The translations under genes and the position numbers were made by a program. This document shows, one piece after another, positions 30,371 through 40,370 of a stretch of DNA of 64,000 nt. The first letter of the stretch is position 1, and the number at the start of each line of letters is the position of its first letter. The stretch is from an uncultured Prolixibacteraceae bacterium (lineage in GTDB: Bacteria > Bacteroidota > Bacteroidia > Bacteroidales > Prolixibacteraceae), in the NCBI GenBank assembly GCA_964487645.1, contig CAZARW010000002.1, forward strand, positions 30,042 through 94,041, given 5' to 3'. The notes under the pieces are model-generated. The model was not told where the DNA came from and searched no databases. It saw nothing but the letters and a program-made list of their open reading frames with translations.

Positions 30371-31360
30371 TTAATCAATTGCTTTTAATAAAAAACTGTT
30401 TTGGTTTGTTTGTGTTAGTTCGAGGTTTAATGTAAGAGCAACTGTTTCGAGAATATATTTTGACTGGTGTTGATTAAATGTTGCAGTAATGAGTTGATTA
30501 ATGTCGATATTCGGATCGGTTTCAATTTCGATACCATAAACATTTTCAATTGTGCTTATGGCTTTGTACAGTGGTGTTTTATCAAAGGCTATATCCTGAT
30601 GCAGCCACGAGAGTCCGTTTTGTTCAATTTGTTCAAGCTTAATAAGCTCACCACTTGCTTTGTTTAGTATTCCCTGTTGACCCGCATGTAAGGTAATTGC
30701 CGATTCGCTGTTTTTGTTGCTGTGTATTAGCTCAACCGTTCCGCTTTGTACCATCACAGTTACATTTGGGCTGTTAGGATAGGCATTTACATTAAAGGCT
30801 GTGCCTACAACTTTTATGCGTGCATTGTGTGTTTCGATAATAAACGGTCGTTCTTTGTCGGGACTAACGGTAAAAAAGGCTTCGCCGTTAAGCGAAACAA
30901 TGCGGCTTTTTTTTCCCAGATTTTGGCGATAAACAAGTTCAGAGCTATGATTAAGCTTAACAAGCGATTGATCCGATAGTAATAATTCGGGATGGCTTAT
31001 ATCGGTTTTGGCAACGCTAAAGTGTTGGGGTTGATTAAAAATGTTTGACTGTTGCCAAATAAGAATACTAAGCGACACAAGCAATAAAAAAATTGCAGCA
31101 TATCGTAAAATGTTGCGGGCATTTATAGCTTTTACCGGTGTTGATAATGTTTGATTGTTTACTTTTTCCCAGGCTGTATTTGTGTTGTAATTTCCCAGAG
31201 CAAAATAGCTATCAAGCTTTTTTTGGGTGTTGTGTGCTTCGTCGATACTTTTTTTCCCCTCGGCATTATTGCTTGTTGTATCAATGTATATTTGCTCTTG
31301 TTTATTGAGTTTTTCGTTAAACAAATATTTTGCAATAATATTCCATAATGTTGTTTTCAT
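30371..31360 (-). CDS. FecR-family anti-sigma factor
   Basis: One TM helix (YAAIFLLLVSLSILIW). LSDQSLVKLN..SEL, RIVSLNGEAFFTV, VVGTAFNV; C-terminal SW….IAFDKTPL..AI..IE..YG. Confidence 0.93.
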   Translation of the reverse strand: MKTTLWNIIAKYLFNEKLNKQEQIYIDTTSNNAEGKKSIDEAHNTQKKLDSYFALGNYNTNTAWEKVNNQTLSTPVKAINARNILRYAAIFLLLVSLSILIWQQSNIFNQPQHFSVAKTDISHPELLLSDQSLVKLNHSSELVYRQNLGKKSRIVSLNGEAFFTVSPDKERPFIIETHNARIKVVGTAFNVNAYPNSPNVTVMVQSGTVELIHSNKNSESAITLHAGQQGILNKASGELIKLEQIEQNGLSWLHQDIAFDKTPLYKAISTIENVYGIEIETDPNIDINQLITATFNQHQSKYILETVALTLNLELTQTNQNSFLLKAID

Positions 31361-31433
31361 CCCTGCTTTCTCTTTTTTTATATTGATACTTAATATGTCA
31401 AAGTAAAATTCAATAATTTTTTATGGTTGTATT

Positions 31434-31465
31434 TATATGACATCTTACCCGGCACAAAACCCTTA
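31434..31465 (-). promoter_or_regulatory. Candidate ECF-sigma-dependent promoter upstream of fecR
   Basis: Minus strand TAAGGGT-N16-TGTCATAT in the 160-bp sigma/fecR gap. The bipartite spacing suits an ECF promoter; the assignment is inferred. Confidence 0.35.
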
Positions 31466-31520
31466 TTGTATTTATTGCTTCTTTTTCATTAGAACAATAT
31501 ATTGGGTTTGTTAAAGCCTG

Positions 31521-32093
31521 TTATTCCTTACTGATAAAATGATGAATGACAAACGAAACTAAAAATTGTCTGTATTCCTTTAGTTTATCGCGTAATTCGC
31601 GCAATGCATGTCCCATTTGAGCTTCGACAGTTTTTACTGATATGTCAAGTTTTTCGGCTATTTCGCGATATTTCAGGCCATGTTCGCGGCTTAAAATAAA
31701 AATCTCGCGTCGCCGATCAGGGAGTTCGTTAATGCTTTGATGTATTCGGTCAATGAGCCCGGGTTCTAAAAAAATGTTTGAGTTTTCGATTTCGGCAAAA
31801 CGTGCTTCGATTTGGTAGTTGGTTTTAATTTTTAAATGTTTGATGTAGTTAAAGCAGCGATTACGCACCGAATTGTATAAATAGTTTTTTATCGATTTGT
31901 TAATGTCGGTTTGCTTTCTTTTTTCCCAAATTGAAGTAAAAAATGCCTGGACAATTTCTTCGCATTCGTCGTGATCGTGTATATATTGGTATGCAAACTT
32001 ACACAGTGGGGCATAATATTTTTTAAACAAGAGTTCGAAACTTTGTTTATTCCCAGTTTTTATTTGATTAAATAATTGCTTGTCAGCTTCCAT
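31521..32093 (-). CDS. ECF RNA polymerase sigma-70 factor (Bacteroidetes expansion family)
   Basis: FELLFKKYYAPL, EEIVQ..F..IW, YLYNSVRNRCFNY, LPDRRREIFILSREHGLKYREIAEKLDISVKTVEAQM. Confidence 0.95.
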   Translation of the reverse strand: MEADKQLFNQIKTGNKQSFELLFKKYYAPLCKFAYQYIHDHDECEEIVQAFFTSIWEKRKQTDINKSIKNYLYNSVRNRCFNYIKHLKIKTNYQIEARFAEIENSNIFLEPGLIDRIHQSINELPDRRREIFILSREHGLKYREIAEKLDISVKTVEAQMGHALRELRDKLKEYRQFLVSFVIHHFISKE

Positions 32094-32363
32094 ATTCAGT
32101 ATATACAGTGTACAAAATACAAAAAATAAATGTTACTTTGTTTGCATTGATTTTGCTTGCATTTATGCTGTTTTTCATTGTTGTTTGCAGTGTTTTTTGT
32201 GTCGGTACACACGGTAATCAAATTTTTTATTCGCAGTTTGCAAACAAAACAAGTGCATAACTATTATACCGACAACTCAAAGCCCATTTACCATTATTGG
32301 TTTATTTGAGTGTTTGCATTTAAAATAATATTTTTGAGCTTTTATAAAAAACAGTAAAAAATT

Positions 32364-32942
32364 ATGCAATTAGTTTTTGCCACACATAATAAGCACAAAC
32401 TCGAAGAGGTAAAGCAACTTTTAGACGAGTCGGTTGAGCTGTTAAGCCTTACCGATATTCAATGTTTTGACGATATTCCCGAAACAAAACAAACGCTCGA
32501 AGAAAATGCATCAGATAAAGCACGCTATGTTTATGAAAAATATGGCTACAATTGTTTTGCCGACGATACAGGCCTCGAAGTTGAAGCATTGCAAATGAAA
32601 CCGGGAGTTTTTTCGGCTCGCTACGCAGGAGAGCATAAAAATTCAGACGATAATATGAATAAGCTCCTTTTGGAAATGCACAAAATAAAAAACCGGAATG
32701 CACGTTTTAGAACAGTAATATCATTAATAGTTGATGGATACGAGAAACGATTCGAGGGAATTGTAAATGGCACAATACTCGAAAATAAATACGGAGAAAA
32801 AGGCTTTGGCTACGACCCCGTTTTTCAACCAAAAGGTTATTCGCAGTCGTTTGCACAACTACCACTTGACCAAAAAAATAAAATTAGCCACAGGGGCTTA
32901 GCTGTAAAAAAACTTACAGATTATTTGAAAAAAAACATATAA
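32364..32942 (+). CDS. rdgB: Non-canonical purine NTP pyrophosphatase (Ham1)
   Basis: [43 protein letters not shown]. Confidence 0.96.
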   Translation: MQLVFATHNKHKLEEVKQLLDESVELLSLTDIQCFDDIPETKQTLEENASDKARYVYEKYGYNCFADDTGLEVEALQMKPGVFSARYAGEHKNSDDNMNKLLLEMHKIKNRNARFRTVISLIVDGYEKRFEGIVNGTILENKYGEKGFGYDPVFQPKGYSQSFAQLPLDQKNKISHRGLAVKKLTDYLKKNI

Positions 32943-33043
32943 GTAAAGCATTGTTAAAAGGCAAAGCAGCATTTTATCAATACGTCGATAAATTTAACGG
33001 AAACCAAATGTGAGTTACTTTAATCATTAAACAATCTGAACGA

Positions 33044-35392
33044 ATGAAACATATATACTTATTCTTATTATTTGTTGTTTTCTGCACTATGTCGCTTGCA
33101 CAACATACCACGCTTAAATGGGATTATCACTTATCGAAACAAACAACTATCGATGTGGTAAAAGCCGATACAAAAGTATATTTTGTGTCAAGTGGAGGAA
33201 TATATTTTTACAATATTTCCGATAACAGTATATCAACACTTACAAAGATTAACGGATTGTCGGGATCTGATTTTAAAGGAATTCAATACAGCCCTGGTAC
33301 CGGGAGTTTGGTTGTTTACTATCAAAATTCAATGGTTGATGTCATTAAATCCGATGGGAGTATTCACCCCATTTCCGATATAAACCGCAAGCAAATTATT
33401 GGCGATAAACAAATATACAGTGCAAGCTGTCATAAAAACTTATGCTATCTGGCATGTGGTTTTGGTATTGTTGTTCTCAACCTCGATCGTCTCGAAATAA
33501 GCGATTCATTCATAATTGGTGATCGCGGGCAGTATGTTGCCGTTCACGATGTTGCTGTTGATGACGAAAATATTTATGCAGCAACGCCTAATGGTATACG
33601 ATATGCAAATATTGATGCACCAAATTTACTCGATTATTCGTATTGGAATACAATCGAAAACGGAGTGCTCGATTCTATGAATATCAATATGCTCGAATTT
33701 GCAGGCGATAAACTTTGGGCAATTAATCAAAATGGCAGCGAATTTCCCGACCGTGTTTTTAGCCGCAATGCCGACAAAATTTGGGAAGAAGAACATTTGG
33801 GAATGTATACTATTGAGGACTTTAGGAGCAACGAGAATTCGTTGATTTTAGCAGGGCGCAATAGTTCAAAATTTCCAACAGTCGAAATCCATAACACGCT
33901 TCAGGGGCAAATACAAAAAATAAACGGATATTCGTTTATGAATGCCGATTTGCGCATTGATCCGGTAAGTGCAATTGCCGATAACGGAGGAAATGTTTGG
34001 ATTGCCGATAAAAATTATGGAGGCGTACGCTTGAGTTCCGAGGGATATTTTTATAAGATTGTACCCGAGGGGCCTGTTGATAATGGCGCTTTTGACCTGC
34101 ATTATTCCGATGGAAAATTATGGATGGCTGCAGGTGGTTATACTCTTGCATGGGGCAATATCTACAACCAGGCAATAATACAGGGATTGAGTAACAACAC
34201 CTGGGAGTGTTTCGATAAATATTCGCATCCACAACTCGAAAATATCCGTGATGTTGTGCAAATTGTTGCGCGGCCAAATCACCCTAATCACATATTTGTT
34301 GCAACATGGGGGTATGGTATTCTTGAATTTAATAACGGAGAGTTTATTGAACAATACAACATCAATAATTCGCCACTGCAAACTGTTTTTTCAGGAAATT
34401 ACGTGCGGATAGGTGGTATTGATTTTGATGAGCAAGGTAATATGTGGGTTACCAATTGCGAGGTCGAAAAACAATTGCACAAACGAAGCCCCGATGGAAA
34501 ATGGACAAGTTATACTTTGCCCGAAATAGCAAACGGATACAATGTGGGTAAACCTCTAGTTGCATCTACCGGCGATATTTGGATAATTGTTCCCCGTGGA
34601 TTAACATATGGTTTATATATAATGAGTCCCGACGGGAAAAATCACCGACACCTCGACGTAACAAATTATTACGACAACAATATTGAAGATCCTCTAAAGG
34701 TAAAAATGAACAATGTGTTTGATATTGCCGAAGATAAGGACGGAAATATTTGGGTTGGTACTTCAAAAGGTGCTGCATATTATTCGAATATCGACAGAGT
34801 TTTTACAAAAGAAGAATATTATGCTATTCAACCAGGGGTTGACCGAAACGATGGAATTTACCACCCTCTTTTGCAACTCGAGTCGGTTACATCGGTTTTG
34901 ATCGACGGAGGAAACCGTAAGTATTTTGGAACACGAAACTCAGGTATTTATCTTATTTCGGAAGATGGCCGCGAGGAACTTGCACACTATACTCAAGAAA
35001 ATTCAGACCTTATTTCGAACAATATTTTGAGCATGGAATACGATGGAGATAAGGGAGTTTTGTATGTTGGAACCGATTTGGGTTTGGTGTCGTTAACTAC
35101 CGAATCAAAAAAGGCATTCGATTCGTTTACCGATGTATATGCATATCCAAATCCTGTACCCAGTGGATATATGGACAATATTTTTATCTCGGGGATGATG
35201 GAGGATACAAATGTGAAAATTACAACAATTAGCGGCAGGCTTGTATACGAAACAACCTCAATTGGAGGACAGGCAATTTGGAATGGCCGCGACCTCTCGG
35301 GGCGCAGAGTGCATACCGGTATTTATCTTGTATTTTGTGCATCTCCCGATGGTGCTGAATCGGCTGTTACAAAAATTGCTTTTATCCGATGA
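33044..35392 (+). CDS. porZ: Type IX secretion system surface component PorZ
   Basis: Two beta-propellers and a type A CTD (VYAYPNPV…NVKITTISGRLV…GGQAIWNG…TGIYLV…KIAFIR). Lies between rdgB and recO. Confidence 0.85.
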   Translation: MKHIYLFLLFVVFCTMSLAQHTTLKWDYHLSKQTTIDVVKADTKVYFVSSGGIYFYNISDNSISTLTKINGLSGSDFKGIQYSPGTGSLVVYYQNSMVDVIKSDGSIHPISDINRKQIIGDKQIYSASCHKNLCYLACGFGIVVLNLDRLEISDSFIIGDRGQYVAVHDVAVDDENIYAATPNGIRYANIDAPNLLDYSYWNTIENGVLDSMNINMLEFAGDKLWAINQNGSEFPDRVFSRNADKIWEEEHLGMYTIEDFRSNENSLILAGRNSSKFPTVEIHNTLQGQIQKINGYSFMNADLRIDPVSAIADNGGNVWIADKNYGGVRLSSEGYFYKIVPEGPVDNGAFDLHYSDGKLWMAAGGYTLAWGNIYNQAIIQGLSNNTWECFDKYSHPQLENIRDVVQIVARPNHPNHIFVATWGYGILEFNNGEFIEQYNINNSPLQTVFSGNYVRIGGIDFDEQGNMWVTNCEVEKQLHKRSPDGKWTSYTLPEIANGYNVGKPLVASTGDIWIIVPRGLTYGLYIMSPDGKNHRHLDVTNYYDNNIEDPLKVKMNNVFDIAEDKDGNIWVGTSKGAAYYSNIDRVFTKEEYYAIQPGVDRNDGIYHPLLQLESVTSVLIDGGNRKYFGTRNSGIYLISEDGREELAHYTQENSDLISNNILSMEYDGDKGVLYVGTDLGLVSLTTESKKAFDSFTDVYAYPNPVPSGYMDNIFISGMMEDTNVKITTISGRLVYETTSIGGQAIWNGRDLSGRRVHTGIYLVFCASPDGAESAVTKIAFIR

Positions 35393-36117
35393 TTGCAAAA
35401 ACAAAAGCAATTGTTCTTCATCAGGTAAAATATGCCGAAACCAGCCTGGTTGTTACCCTTTATACTCAAAATTTTGGACGACAATCGTATTTGATTAACG
35501 GTATTCGCTCGGCAAAGAAAAAACAACAAGCCAATGTATTTCAACCAATGTTTTTGCTCGATACCGAAGTGTATCATAAGTCGTCGCGAAATTTGCAGCG
35601 TTTAAAAGAGGTTAAATTGGGAATGGTGCACCAATCAATCCCTTTTGATATTTATAAAAGCACAATTTGTATTTTTATTTCAGAAGTGCTTTACAAACTT
35701 TTACGCAGCGAAGAATGCGACCCTAATTTGTTTGATTTTATTTGGCAGTCGGTTGAGTATTTTGATTCACTCGAAAAAGGGACTGCTAATTTTCATATAT
35801 GGTTTTTGCTTAAAATGACAGTATATATGGGTTTCCGAATCAACAACAATTACACCGAAAAATACAGGTGGTTTAATCCCTCATCAGCCTGCTTTGTGGT
35901 AAATCCTCCATCCGATGTCGATTCCGAGACATTCAATGTGTCGAAACACCTGGCAAATTTTATCGATATGGATTTGAAAAATATTTCGCAATATTCAATA
36001 AGCGGAGAAATCAGAAACAAATTACTTGAAATCATAATTGTATATTATTCAATACACGTTGATTTTATGGGCAGTATCAATTCGCTGCGTATTATGCACG
36101 AATTATTTTCGCAGTAA
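35389..36117 (+). CDS. recO: DNA repair protein RecO
   Basis: KTKAIVLHQVKYAETSLVVTLYT..FGRQSY; C-terminal YY.IH…INSL..M.ELF. Confidence 0.93.
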   Translation: MIAKTKAIVLHQVKYAETSLVVTLYTQNFGRQSYLINGIRSAKKKQQANVFQPMFLLDTEVYHKSSRNLQRLKEVKLGMVHQSIPFDIYKSTICIFISEVLYKLLRSEECDPNLFDFIWQSVEYFDSLEKGTANFHIWFLLKMTVYMGFRINNNYTEKYRWFNPSSACFVVNPPSDVDSETFNVSKHLANFIDMDLKNISQYSISGEIRNKLLEIIIVYYSIHVDFMGSINSLRIMHELFSQ

Positions 36118-36183
36118 TTTTTATGTGAATATAAAACTTTACTTTTGCGTACATCTGTAATGCATTATGCAAAAGCTAAACTT

Positions 36184-37227
36184 ATGTACGAAATGGAGCC
36201 AAATCAGACTGTGCAAAATACCGATAATAAAATACCCCGAACAATGCTTGCCTTGCGACAATATAAAGCCGGTGGCGAATTATTTGTTGAGCAGTTGCCT
36301 GTGCCTGTTCCGGGGCCGGGGCAAATACTTGTAAAAATGCATGCAGCTCCAATAAATCCTTCCGATTTAAGTCAGTTGCAAGGAACTTATGCACAAAAAT
36401 CAAACTTTCCGTTTACTCCCGGTATCGAGGGTAGTGGCAGAGTAGTTGCTGCCGGAAAAGGGCTGGTTCCAAAGCTGTGGAAACAAAAACGGGTTGCATG
36501 TTCATCAACAACAGGACTTGGTGGTACCTGGGCTCAATACATGCTTACCTCGGCAATGCATGCAATTCCGTTAAAATCAAACATTACTTATCAGCAAGGA
36601 GCTATGCTTATTGTAAACCCAATGACAGCAATGGCTTTTGTTGAGATTGCAAAAAAAGGAAAACACAAAGCCATTGTAAATACTGCTGCAGCAAGTGTGC
36701 TGGGGAATATGCTTGCAAAATTGTGCGCGAAAAATGGAATTAAACTTATGAATATTGTGCACCGTAACGAGCAGGCTGAGATGTTGATGCAGCAAGGCCA
36801 AAAATATGTGTTAAACTCTCAGTCAGCAAACTATGTCAGCCAACTTGATGATTTTTGTAAAACAAATAATGTAACATTGTTTTTTGATGCAGTAGGCGGA
36901 AGCCATACTTCGGTGTTGCTTGATTTGGCTCCTCAAAAAAGCAAAATAATTGTGTATGCTAACTTGTCTGATGATAATGTATGTTTCGACCCAAGAGGAT
37001 TACTTCAAAACGATAAAGCTATTGGTGGGTTTTTTCTTGCAAATTGGTCAGCAAAACAAAATACATTGAAAACTTTGCAAATGGCAAACCGAATACAAAA
37101 TCTCACAAAAGATGCTTTAAATATTCCTGTTCGTAAATGTTTTACTATCGAAAATGCCAACCAGGCTTTAAGCCTGTATCGAAACAATATGACAGGCGGA
37201 AAGATATTGTTCAAATTTGATGATTAA
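36184..37227 (+). CDS. MDR-superfamily NAD(P)H oxidoreductase (quinone/enoyl-reductase-like)
   Basis: PVPGPGQILVKM.AAPINPSDL, PGIEGSG, GTWAQY, VNPMTA, TAAASVLG, DAVGG, GKIL. Start is uncertain (36145-36244). Confidence 0.85.
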   Translation: MYEMEPNQTVQNTDNKIPRTMLALRQYKAGGELFVEQLPVPVPGPGQILVKMHAAPINPSDLSQLQGTYAQKSNFPFTPGIEGSGRVVAAGKGLVPKLWKQKRVACSSTTGLGGTWAQYMLTSAMHAIPLKSNITYQQGAMLIVNPMTAMAFVEIAKKGKHKAIVNTAAASVLGNMLAKLCAKNGIKLMNIVHRNEQAEMLMQQGQKYVLNSQSANYVSQLDDFCKTNNVTLFFDAVGGSHTSVLLDLAPQKSKIIVYANLSDDNVCFDPRGLLQNDKAIGGFFLANWSAKQNTLKTLQMANRIQNLTKDALNIPVRKCFTIENANQALSLYRNNMTGGKILFKFDD

Positions 37228-37418
37228 TATTTTCACTGAATCAAAAAAACTTAAAAGCATTTGGTATATCTTATTATTTTTGATTAATTTAAATGCTTTG
37301 AAAATAATTGCGAATCCTTATTGTGATTTATACTGTTTAACGAATTGAAATGGTTTTAAGATTTATAATAAGTTGAATATTTTTGGGGCCGAGAAATAAG
37401 TATTTACACTGATCTTTT

Positions 37419-40316
37419 ATGAAACATCAAATGAGTAAAGCAATAAACAATAAAAAATATATATACTTTACCATTTCAATACTTTTGCTCTTGGGTGTGT
37501 TTGTGTTGTTTAGTTTTTTTTATTATCGTTCGGTTTTAGAAAAAGATAAAATACACGAACAAAATCATTTAATTACAATTACCGAACTCAAAGCCAAAGA
37601 ATTCTATTCGTGGTATAACGACGAGTTGCTCGATGCAAATATTATTGCCAATAATTCTCTTCTTGTAAATCATTTAAACAATTATTTATTGCATGGCAAT
37701 GTGCAGTATATTAATAGTATAAAGCAATTGTTGGTATCGATTAAGCGTGAACATGATTACAAAAATGTAACGTTAATATCGGCCAACGACTACCGGATTT
37801 TTGTGAGTACCGATTCGGTACAAACAAATTTTGCTCAAGTTGAGGCAGTTGAGCGTATAGAAAACAAGTTGAAGGTAATTTCTACTCCTGTATATTTATT
37901 GCCTCAGAATAAAAATAAACAAATTGATTTTATAAGTTCGGTTGTTGATGTTAATAACAATTTACTCGGGTATATTATTTTTAGTATCGACATTAATGAA
38001 GCGATTTTTAACAACATTAAACAATGGCCTTTCGAAACACAAAGTGGTCAGTTTTATGTACTTTCTAAAAATGGTAATTCATATAAAATACTGAACGACA
38101 GCATACGTTTTTTCGATAATTTTGACTACACAAATTTTACAGAGTCACTATCGACGCTAGTTGAAACCAAAGAGACTTCATCCTCGTTTTTTATAATCAA
38201 AAACAAGCGCGAGGATGATTATTATGCATTTGTAAGTGCTGTTAGCGATAGTGATTATTTTATAGCATCAACCATCAAAAGAAAAGAATTACTGGGCAAT
38301 ATCCATAAAGATACAGTCTCGTTTTTTAGTTTTATTTTATTGCTGGCAATATTGGTGTTTTTAATATTTGGCGTTATTTATATTGCGTATGTACAAAAAT
38401 CAGAAAAGCGCGAAAAACGGATTATTGAAGAAGAACGCCGGAAACTTTACACCTTAATGTCAAACCTTCCGGGAATGGCTTACCGATGTAAAAATGATTC
38501 GCTTTGGACTATGGAGTTTGTTAGTCAGGGATGTGTAATGCTCACAGGATATCCGGTACAAGAAATTGTGAATAATGCTGTTATAGCATACGGCCATCTT
38601 ATTTTACCCGAAGATCGTGAATTTGTTGAAAAAGGAATTGAGCGGGCATTAAAGCAAAATAGGAGTTTTGAGTTTGAGTATAGGATAAAAACAAAAACCG
38701 GAGAAGTAAAGTGGGTTTGGGAACGTGGTAGTGCTAATTATTCGCCGCAGGGCGATGTGCTTTCTTTAGAGGGTTTTATAAGCGATATTCACGAGCGGCG
38801 TACTATTGAACTTGCTCTCGAAGAGAGTGAAAATAAGTACCAAACTCTGACCGAACATTCGAGTGTGGGAGTTTTCCAAACCGATGCATATGGATCAACA
38901 ACCTATGTAAACCCAAAATGGTGTGAGCTTGCCGGCATTTCGGGCGATTTGGCAATGGGCTACGGATGGCTTAATGCAGTACACCCCGATGATAGGGAAA
39001 GAGTGCAAGGCGGATGGAGCACTACATTAAATGACCCGAGAATAGGTGACGATACGTATCGGTTTGTACATCCCGATGGTAAAGTGGTTTGGGTTAAGGG
39101 ACAAGCATTGCCCGAGTACGATAATCAAAACATTGTAGTAGGGTACATTGGTACAATTACCGATATTACCGACTCGGTTGAAGCCGAAGAACAAATAAAA
39201 TATACAAACAATTTGCTCAACACAATTATCGAAAACTTGCCCGATGCTGTATATATGAAAGATACCAAAGGGCGTAAACTAATTGCGAATAAAGCCGATA
39301 TCGATAATATGGGGGTCAAAAGTAAAGCCGAAGTAATTGGTAAAACCGACTTTGACATATTTCCCGAAGACATTGCAAAAGGATTTTGGGATAACGATAA
39401 GTACGTTCTCGAAACCGGACAATCAATTATCGATAAAGTTGAAATTCTAAAAAATAAAAACAATAAAACGAAATACTTACAGACCTCAAAAATTCCGGTA
39501 AAAAACGAAAAAGGGAAGGTAATTGGCTTGGTTGGTGTTGGTCATGATGTAACAGAGCGTACAATGCTTATGGAACAACTGCTTGTAGCAAAAGAAAAAG
39601 CCGAAGAGAGTGACCGTTTAAAAACATCATTTTTAGCCAACATGAGCCACGAAATCAGAACGCCTCTCAATTCAATTCTGGGATTTACCGATTTGATGAC
39701 TACCGACGATACTAATGATGAAGAAAAGGAGCAGTATTCGGAAATTATTAAAAAAAGTGCCGACAGCCTTTTGCATATAATTAACGACATTATCGATATT
39801 TCGAGCCTCGAAACCGGACAAATGAAAATAATTCCCGAAAAATTTTCAATAAACAGTTTGCTCAAAATGCTTAACCTGGAATATAAAGCTAAAGTAATTG
39901 AGGCCGGTAAACCCGATATCGAAATAATTACCCATATGGCAAACCCCGATGTTGAATTATATCTCGACAAAAACAGGGTAAATCAAATATTGATAAACTT
40001 AATAGGTAATGCATTAAAATTTACCGAAAAAGGATTTATCGAATTTGGGGTTGTTGATGTTGATCAAAAATACATCTACTTTAAAGTGAAAGATACAGGG
40101 ACAGGTATACCTGAACAAATGTATGATGTTATATTTGAACGATTCAGGCAACTTAACGATAATTCGACCCGAAATGTTGGTGGCAACGGACTGGGATTGT
40201 CAATCGTAAAGAATTTGGTAAACATTATGGGAGGCGAAATTCGTGTAGAATCGGAGCAAGTAAAAGGCTCATCTTTTTATTTCTATTTATCGCAAACTCT
40301 TGAATCAAAAAAGTAG
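37419..40316 (+). CDS. Membrane sensor histidine kinase with three PAS domains
   Basis: Two TM helices flanking a periplasmic domain. PAS motifs NLPGMAYRC…WVWERG, VHPDDRE…WVKGQA, KD..GR…GKTDFD. FLANMSHEIRTPLNSILGF, NLIGNALKFT, DTGTG, GNGLGL. Confidence 0.93.
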   Translation: MKHQMSKAINNKKYIYFTISILLLLGVFVLFSFFYYRSVLEKDKIHEQNHLITITELKAKEFYSWYNDELLDANIIANNSLLVNHLNNYLLHGNVQYINSIKQLLVSIKREHDYKNVTLISANDYRIFVSTDSVQTNFAQVEAVERIENKLKVISTPVYLLPQNKNKQIDFISSVVDVNNNLLGYIIFSIDINEAIFNNIKQWPFETQSGQFYVLSKNGNSYKILNDSIRFFDNFDYTNFTESLSTLVETKETSSSFFIIKNKREDDYYAFVSAVSDSDYFIASTIKRKELLGNIHKDTVSFFSFILLLAILVFLIFGVIYIAYVQKSEKREKRIIEEERRKLYTLMSNLPGMAYRCKNDSLWTMEFVSQGCVMLTGYPVQEIVNNAVIAYGHLILPEDREFVEKGIERALKQNRSFEFEYRIKTKTGEVKWVWERGSANYSPQGDVLSLEGFISDIHERRTIELALEESENKYQTLTEHSSVGVFQTDAYGSTTYVNPKWCELAGISGDLAMGYGWLNAVHPDDRERVQGGWSTTLNDPRIGDDTYRFVHPDGKVVWVKGQALPEYDNQNIVVGYIGTITDITDSVEAEEQIKYTNNLLNTIIENLPDAVYMKDTKGRKLIANKADIDNMGVKSKAEVIGKTDFDIFPEDIAKGFWDNDKYVLETGQSIIDKVEILKNKNNKTKYLQTSKIPVKNEKGKVIGLVGVGHDVTERTMLMEQLLVAKEKAEESDRLKTSFLANMSHEIRTPLNSILGFTDLMTTDDTNDEEKEQYSEIIKKSADSLLHIINDIIDISSLETGQMKIIPEKFSINSLLKMLNLEYKAKVIEAGKPDIEIITHMANPDVELYLDKNRVNQILINLIGNALKFTEKGFIEFGVVDVDQKYIYFKVKDTGTGIPEQMYDVIFERFRQLNDNSTRNVGGNGLGLSIVKNLVNIMGGEIRVESEQVKGSSFYFYLSQTLESKK

Positions 40317-40370
40317 AATCGTTGTTTATTTTTACATTATTGCTTTCCTTTATGCGCTAAATTTATAAGC

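Noticed and set aside
37254-37299. AAAGCATTT…AAATGCTTT inverted repeat upstream of the PAS kinase
   Set aside because: AT-rich 9-bp arms with a 28-nt spacer are too weak to call a terminator or operator.
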